Below are positions 54,840 to 64,000 of a stretch of DNA of 64,000 nucleotides, one piece after another (position 1 is the stretch's first letter; every line of letters begins with the position of its first letter). Source of the stretch: Verrucomicrobiales bacterium (GTDB lineage: Bacteria > Verrucomicrobiota > Verrucomicrobiia > Verrucomicrobiales > SLCJ01); contig JBJTQJ010000014.1 of NCBI GenBank assembly GCA_046075565.1, positions 1 through 64,000 on the forward strand. The letters run 5' to 3'. Position numbers and translations under genes: made by a program. The notes under the pieces are model-generated. The model was not told the origin of the DNA. It searched no databases and saw nothing but the letters and a program-made list of their open reading frames with translations.

Positions 54840-56363
54840 GTGAAACACGTTTTCCATCTCCTTTTCGCCACCTCTTGCATCGCCCTCGCCCGCGCCGATT
54901 CGCACGCTGTCATTGCCGGAAATGAGGATGCCGCCCGCGCGGCCTATCCCCGGCCGTTCTCCCGGCCTCCTTCCGTGGGTCAAGACTACGATACATGGCG
55001 AGATGCCAAAGGTCCCGACATCGGCGAGACGATGGTTGACCCGAAGCGCCTGCCCTCACGCGTCGACAACTCCACCCGCCCGGAATTCCCTCCCATCTAC
55101 AAGCAGTATGGTGGTGCCTGCGGTCAATTCACCGCCATCGCCTCGATGCTCACGTATGAAATGAATGTCCACGGCGGCACGCACGCCGATACCGAAGCAC
55201 GGCGATTCCCTGCCGACTTCTCATGGAACATGATCAACAGCGCCAACAAGAGCAACGGTTCGGAAGCGTATCACGGCTGGGAAGTGGCCAAACACATCGG
55301 CATCCCTACCGTGCAATCCTACGGCACGGTCCACCGTAAGGAAGCCGGTCCTTGGCCGAATGGCTACCAGATTTGGCGCGAGGCCATGGAGTATCGTGTC
55401 GCAGGCTACCGATACACTCCCGCGCAAACCGTCGAGCAAATCAATGAAGCCCGCGGTTGGCTCTTCGACCGGAACAACCCCAGGGAAGGCAAGGAATCCA
55501 TAGGTGGGCTGCTCGCGCTCGACGGACGCATGGGTGAATTGGAAAAAGTCACCCGAACCATTGCCGAAGGAGGGCATCTGGCCGGCGAAGATGTCTGGAT
55601 CCGCTGGGGTCCGACCGGATACGGACACGGCATCACTTGCGTCGGATATGATGACAATGTCGGTTTCGACGTCAATGGCGATGGAAAGATCACCAACGAC
55701 ATTGATACCAATGGCGATGGCCGGGTCACGCTGGCTGACTGGGAGCGTGGCGCCTATATCGTCGTGAACTCATGGGGTGAGAAGTGGTCGAAGGACGGCA
55801 AAATCTATCTGCTCTATAGCGCCATGATCGATCCCACGTGGGAGCGCGGCAACTACCTCGGGCGCATCGAAGTTGCCCGCCAGATTCCACGCCGCACCCT
55901 CAAACTCAGACTCACGTGCGACAATCGCGCCGATCTGCGCGTGAAGATCGGGATCGCCCGTAACAAGGATGCCGAACAGCCAGAACATGAGTTCGCCCCA
56001 CAACCTCTGAATGGTTGGCCGCTCTTCGGCGAACGAGGCCAGGTGGGGAAAGTGCCCCTCGCCGGCCCCGGCGATTCCTCCCCCGTGGAAATTGGCATTG
56101 ATGTCACAGACCTGTTTGGAAAGCTTGGTCCCGAGGCCGCTGATGAAGCACGCCTGTTCGTGCGTTTTGACCGCACCAAAGGCAGCAAGATGACAGGCGA
56201 ATTGCAGGCATGTGCGGTCCGCAGCTATGATGCGAATGGCGGGTTTGTCAGTGAAGAAGTTGTCGAGATTGAAAATGGAACCTTCGGCCCCGAGACGCTG
56301 AAGATTGCGACTTGGATCGGACAAGAAACCACCAATCTGCCGACGACTCCGGAGCCACAGTGA
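54840..56363 (+). CDS. Secreted papain-like (C1A) cysteine protease
   Basis: LPSRVDNS, QYGGACGQF, GHGITCVGYDD and VVNSWG; GTG start with a signal peptide. Confidence 0.8.
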   Translation: MKHVFHLLFATSCIALARADSHAVIAGNEDAARAAYPRPFSRPPSVGQDYDTWRDAKGPDIGETMVDPKRLPSRVDNSTRPEFPPIYKQYGGACGQFTAIASMLTYEMNVHGGTHADTEARRFPADFSWNMINSANKSNGSEAYHGWEVAKHIGIPTVQSYGTVHRKEAGPWPNGYQIWREAMEYRVAGYRYTPAQTVEQINEARGWLFDRNNPREGKESIGGLLALDGRMGELEKVTRTIAEGGHLAGEDVWIRWGPTGYGHGITCVGYDDNVGFDVNGDGKITNDIDTNGDGRVTLADWERGAYIVVNSWGEKWSKDGKIYLLYSAMIDPTWERGNYLGRIEVARQIPRRTLKLRLTCDNRADLRVKIGIARNKDAEQPEHEFAPQPLNGWPLFGERGQVGKVPLAGPGDSSPVEIGIDVTDLFGKLGPEAADEARLFVRFDRTKGSKMTGELQACAVRSYDANGGFVSEEVVEIENGTFGPETLKIATWIGQETTNLPTTPEPQ

Positions 56364-56398
56364 AATCTGATTCGTGGGTGGTCGGAACCCATCCGCGT

Positions 56399-56449
56399 GC
56401 CGAGCTGGCTTACCCTTCGTAGCCGGTAGGGCGAAGTAAGGGGCTCGGC
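56399..56449. repeat. Imperfect hairpin between convergent genes (REP-like or bidirectional terminator)
   Basis: gccgagc..cttac.cttcg...cgaagtaag..gctcggc. Confidence 0.5.
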
Positions 56450-56482
56450 GTTCCCGGGAGGAATGGCCTCGCGACGACTGTC

Positions 56483-57871
56483 TCAACACCCTAACAAGCC
56501 TGCCACAGCTTCCGCCGCATCGATGTCACTGCCCACGGCATTCGCTCCTTGGCCGAGATACACCGGCTGATCGAGCGGATCGGTCGTGACCAGGCCATGA
56601 CTTCCTTTGACGAGTGTGGGATCAAGAGGCACGACTTCGAGCAGCCCGCGTAAGCCGAGCTTTTTCTTGGCCAGAAATGACAGGATTTTCAGTTTCGGAA
56701 ACGCCAGTGTCGGGTCGATGTGCAGTTCGCAAGGATCGTAGCCGGGCTTACGATGGATATCGATGCAGCGGGCGAAATCGGGAGCCTGCTGGTCATCGAG
56801 CCAGTAATAATAGGTGAACCATGCATCGGGTTCAGCCAGCACAATCAGGTCACCAGCGCGTTGGCCAGCCGCTGTATCGGGCGTCCATCCGAATTCCGCT
56901 GGTTCGCAAACGCGCGCAACGCCGGGTTCGCCAGCGAGGAGGGATTTGACTTCTGCGAGGGGTAGCCCGCCCTGCACATAAACATGGGCGACCTGATGGT
57001 CGGCGACAGCAAAAGCGCGCGAGGCTCCGGCATCGAGAAGTTCGAGGCCCAGTTCGTCTTTCACCACGAGCCATCCGGCGCGACGGAGGACACGATTGAG
57101 AGAAACCGGTCGCGAAACAGGAGTGATGCCGTATTCGGAAAGAATAATGACCCCGACATCGCGGGCCTCGAACCAGTCGACGAGATCGGTGACAAGGGTA
57201 TCGACAGCCGCCAGTTCTCCGGCTGTGCCCGGGTCGTCAGGTCCGCTGCGTTGGAGCGGGTAATCGAGATGGGGTAGATAAACAAGCTGGAGAGTTGGGC
57301 GATGCTTTTCCTCGATCCAGCGGGCGGACTCGGCAATCCAGCGGCTGCTTTCAATCCCCGCCGCCGGTCCCCAGAAGTGGCGGAATGGAAAAGGTCCAAG
57401 CTGGTCAGGGCGCTGGATTTCAAAGCGCGTTTCCGGCGGAGTGGTGTAGATGTCGAAGATTTTCCTGCCGTCGGCCGGATACATCGGTCGCGGGGTGAGG
57501 GCATGTTCGACCTCGGAATACATGTTATACCACCAGAAAGTCTTGGCCGTGGTCGCTCCCGGGCGGGCTCGGCGGAGCCGGTGCCAGATTTTCTGGCCGT
57601 TGACGAGGGCGTCCGGTTGTTTCCAAAACTGAACCTCACACAACTCGCGGTGATACCAGCCATTGCCGACGATGCCATGCCCGGCGGGCGATTGGCCGGT
57701 GAGAAGGCTGCTCTGGGCCGAACAGGTGAGCGCCGGAAAGGTCGGGGGAAATGCAGCCAGACCGCTCCGGTCGGCCCGGGCCCGCAACCGGGGCATGGAT
57801 CCGCTTTCCAGGTGTCGCCGGGTGAGCCCGACGACATCGAGAACGACCCACCGGTTGTTTTCCTGCGCCAT
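56483..57871 (-). CDS. Alkaline phosphatase superfamily nucleotide pyrophosphatase/phosphodiesterase, EboF-like
   Basis: VLDVVGL, FPALTCSAQ, HGIVGNGWY, YLPHLDY, AVADHQVAHVY, DIHRKPGYDP and VKGSHG. Confidence 0.85.
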   Translation of the reverse strand: MAQENNRWVVLDVVGLTRRHLESGSMPRLRARADRSGLAAFPPTFPALTCSAQSSLLTGQSPAGHGIVGNGWYHRELCEVQFWKQPDALVNGQKIWHRLRRARPGATTAKTFWWYNMYSEVEHALTPRPMYPADGRKIFDIYTTPPETRFEIQRPDQLGPFPFRHFWGPAAGIESSRWIAESARWIEEKHRPTLQLVYLPHLDYPLQRSGPDDPGTAGELAAVDTLVTDLVDWFEARDVGVIILSEYGITPVSRPVSLNRVLRRAGWLVVKDELGLELLDAGASRAFAVADHQVAHVYVQGGLPLAEVKSLLAGEPGVARVCEPAEFGWTPDTAAGQRAGDLIVLAEPDAWFTYYYWLDDQQAPDFARCIDIHRKPGYDPCELHIDPTLAFPKLKILSFLAKKKLGLRGLLEVVPLDPTLVKGSHGLVTTDPLDQPVYLGQGANAVGSDIDAAEAVAGLLGC

Positions 57872-58008
57872 GGGCCAAGATGGCGCAGTGGCTGCTTTCA
57901 GGCAAGCTTGGCAAAACACCGCTCGATAATCTTTGATTCCATCTTTCATCCGTTCCAAAACGTTCTTTTATCTGGAAGCAAAATTTTCCCTGAAAAATGG
58001 GAAATGCC

Positions 58009-58017
58009 TGCTATACT
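58009..58017 (+). promoter_or_regulatory. Possible extended -10 promoter of gltBD
   Basis: TGCTATACT in an AT-richer intergenic region. Confidence 0.35.
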
Positions 58018-58148
58018 CCCGGTCCCCGTCGGAATGCCTTGGAAATCTAAGGTGTTGGCAAACTGCAGGATTGAAAAATCCGGCCGATTGCCCGACTCAA
58101 TTCCCCGGTTTGGCCGGTTAAACCACCCCAGCCCCTATCGAAAAGAAA

Positions 58149-62834
<4,686 letters not shown>

Positions 62835-62886
62835 TCCGCTAGCAACAAATCCTTTACCACACTCTCTCCCCAACCAGCATCCATCC

Positions 62887-64000
62887 ATGGGCAAAGCCAC
62901 CGGATTCCTCGAAGTTGACCGCCAGACCATTCCCGACCGCTCGCCGCTCGAGCGTCTCAAGGATTGGAAGGAAATCCATGAACACCGCGACGACAAAGCG
63001 GTGGGCAAACAAGCGTCGCGTTGTATGGATTGCGGCACGCCTTATTGCCACACCGGGATCATGATCAGCGGGATGGCCAGCGGCTGTCCGATCAACAACC
63101 TGATTCCCGAGTTCAACGATCTCGTTTACCGGAATCGTTGGAAGGAAGCCCTCGAACGCCTGCGCAAGACGAACAATTTCCCTGAGTTCACCGGTCGCGT
63201 TTGCCCGGCCCCCTGCGAAGGTTCCTGCGTGCTCGGTTCCATCGAACCGGCGGTGACAATCAAGAACATCGAATGCTCCATCATCGACCGGGGATGGGAA
63301 GAAGGCTGGCTGACCCCGCGGGTGCCCGCGCACCGCACCGGGAAAAAAGTTGCCGTCGTCGGCTCCGGTCCGGCAGGTCTCGCCTGCGCCGATCAATTGA
63401 ACCAAGCCGGCCACACCGTGACCGTCTTTGAACGCGCCGACCGTCTGGGTGGGCTCCTCATGTATGGCATCCCCAACATGAAACTCGACAAAACCGAAGT
63501 TGTCGAGCGCCGCGTGCAACTCATGCGCGATGAAGGCGTGCAATTCATCACGAATGCCAACATCGGCGTGGATGGTGAATGGACGTCCGCACGTTTGCAG
63601 AAAGACTTCGACGCCATCGTGCTCTGCTGCGGTGCCACCCAAGGGCGCGATCTCCCCATCGACGGACGCGACGCCAAGGGCGTTTACCTCGCGATGGAAT
63701 TCCTGACCGACAACACGAAATACCAGCTCGACCACGGGTTTGATGGGAGCAATCCCACCCTCAACGCTACCGGCAAGGATGTCGTGGTGATTGGCGGTGG
63801 TGACACCGGCACCGACTGCGTTGGAACAAGCCTGCGCCAGAAATGCAAGAGTGTGGTCCAGCTTGAGATCATGCCCCGTCCGCCCGAATCCCGCGCCGCC
63901 AACAACCCTTGGCCGGAATGGCCGAAGGTTTACAAAATGGATTACGGCCAGGAAGAAGCCGCCGCCGTGCAAGGTGCGGATCCACGTCACTACCTCGTGC
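62887..64000 (+). CDS. gltD: Glutamate synthase small subunit (partial, runs off the window edge)
   Basis: Manual translation [13 protein letters not shown]...[13 protein letters not shown]...[16 protein letters not shown]...GSGPAG...GGGDTGTDC. Confidence 0.96.
   Translation, partial: MGKATGFLEVDRQTIPDRSPLERLKDWKEIHEHRDDKAVGKQASRCMDCGTPYCHTGIMISGMASGCPINNLIPEFNDLVYRNRWKEALERLRKTNNFPEFTGRVCPAPCEGSCVLGSIEPAVTIKNIECSIIDRGWEEGWLTPRVPAHRTGKKVAVVGSGPAGLACADQLNQAGHTVTVFERADRLGGLLMYGIPNMKLDKTEVVERRVQLMRDEGVQFITNANIGVDGEWTSARLQKDFDAIVLCCGATQGRDLPIDGRDAKGVYLAMEFLTDNTKYQLDHGFDGSNPTLNATGKDVVVIGGGDTGTDCVGTSLRQKCKSVVQLEIMPRPPESRAANNPWPEWPKVYKMDYGQEEAAAVQGADPRHYLV

Overview
High-GC bacterial chromosome segment, most likely Verrucomicrobiota/PVC. 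This is inferred from the dprA-topB pair, the sulfatases, a GFTLIELL prepilin-like gene, the PVC-style DksA and the REP-like palindromes. It is mostly housekeeping: dprA, topB, rpsR, rpmG, dksA-like, deoB, deoA/pdp, mfd, serA, leuD, rnhB, yraN, nadE, lysA, queD, folE2, gltB and a partial gltD. It also carries secreted and glycan-related enzymes (two sulfatases, a GH110-like protein, a C1A protease, an EboF-like protein) and a signalling cluster. The most striking unannotated structure is a decaying integron-type gene cassette at 44411-45363. It has matching GTTAGCGG/CCGCTAAC core sites, an attC fold with extrahelical bases and an AT-richer pseudogenised gene, and it lies in a variable island between yraN and nadE that also holds a vapBC module. 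Other oddities are a DUF6600-like lipoprotein with a very long E/R/Q single-alpha-helix tail, a DksA with a histone-H1-like PAK tail and a two-cysteine finger, several REP/foldback elements, and promoters placed for leaderless or very short-leader mRNAs. No rRNA, tRNA or CRISPR array was seen. All calls come from reading motifs by eye; no database searches were run.
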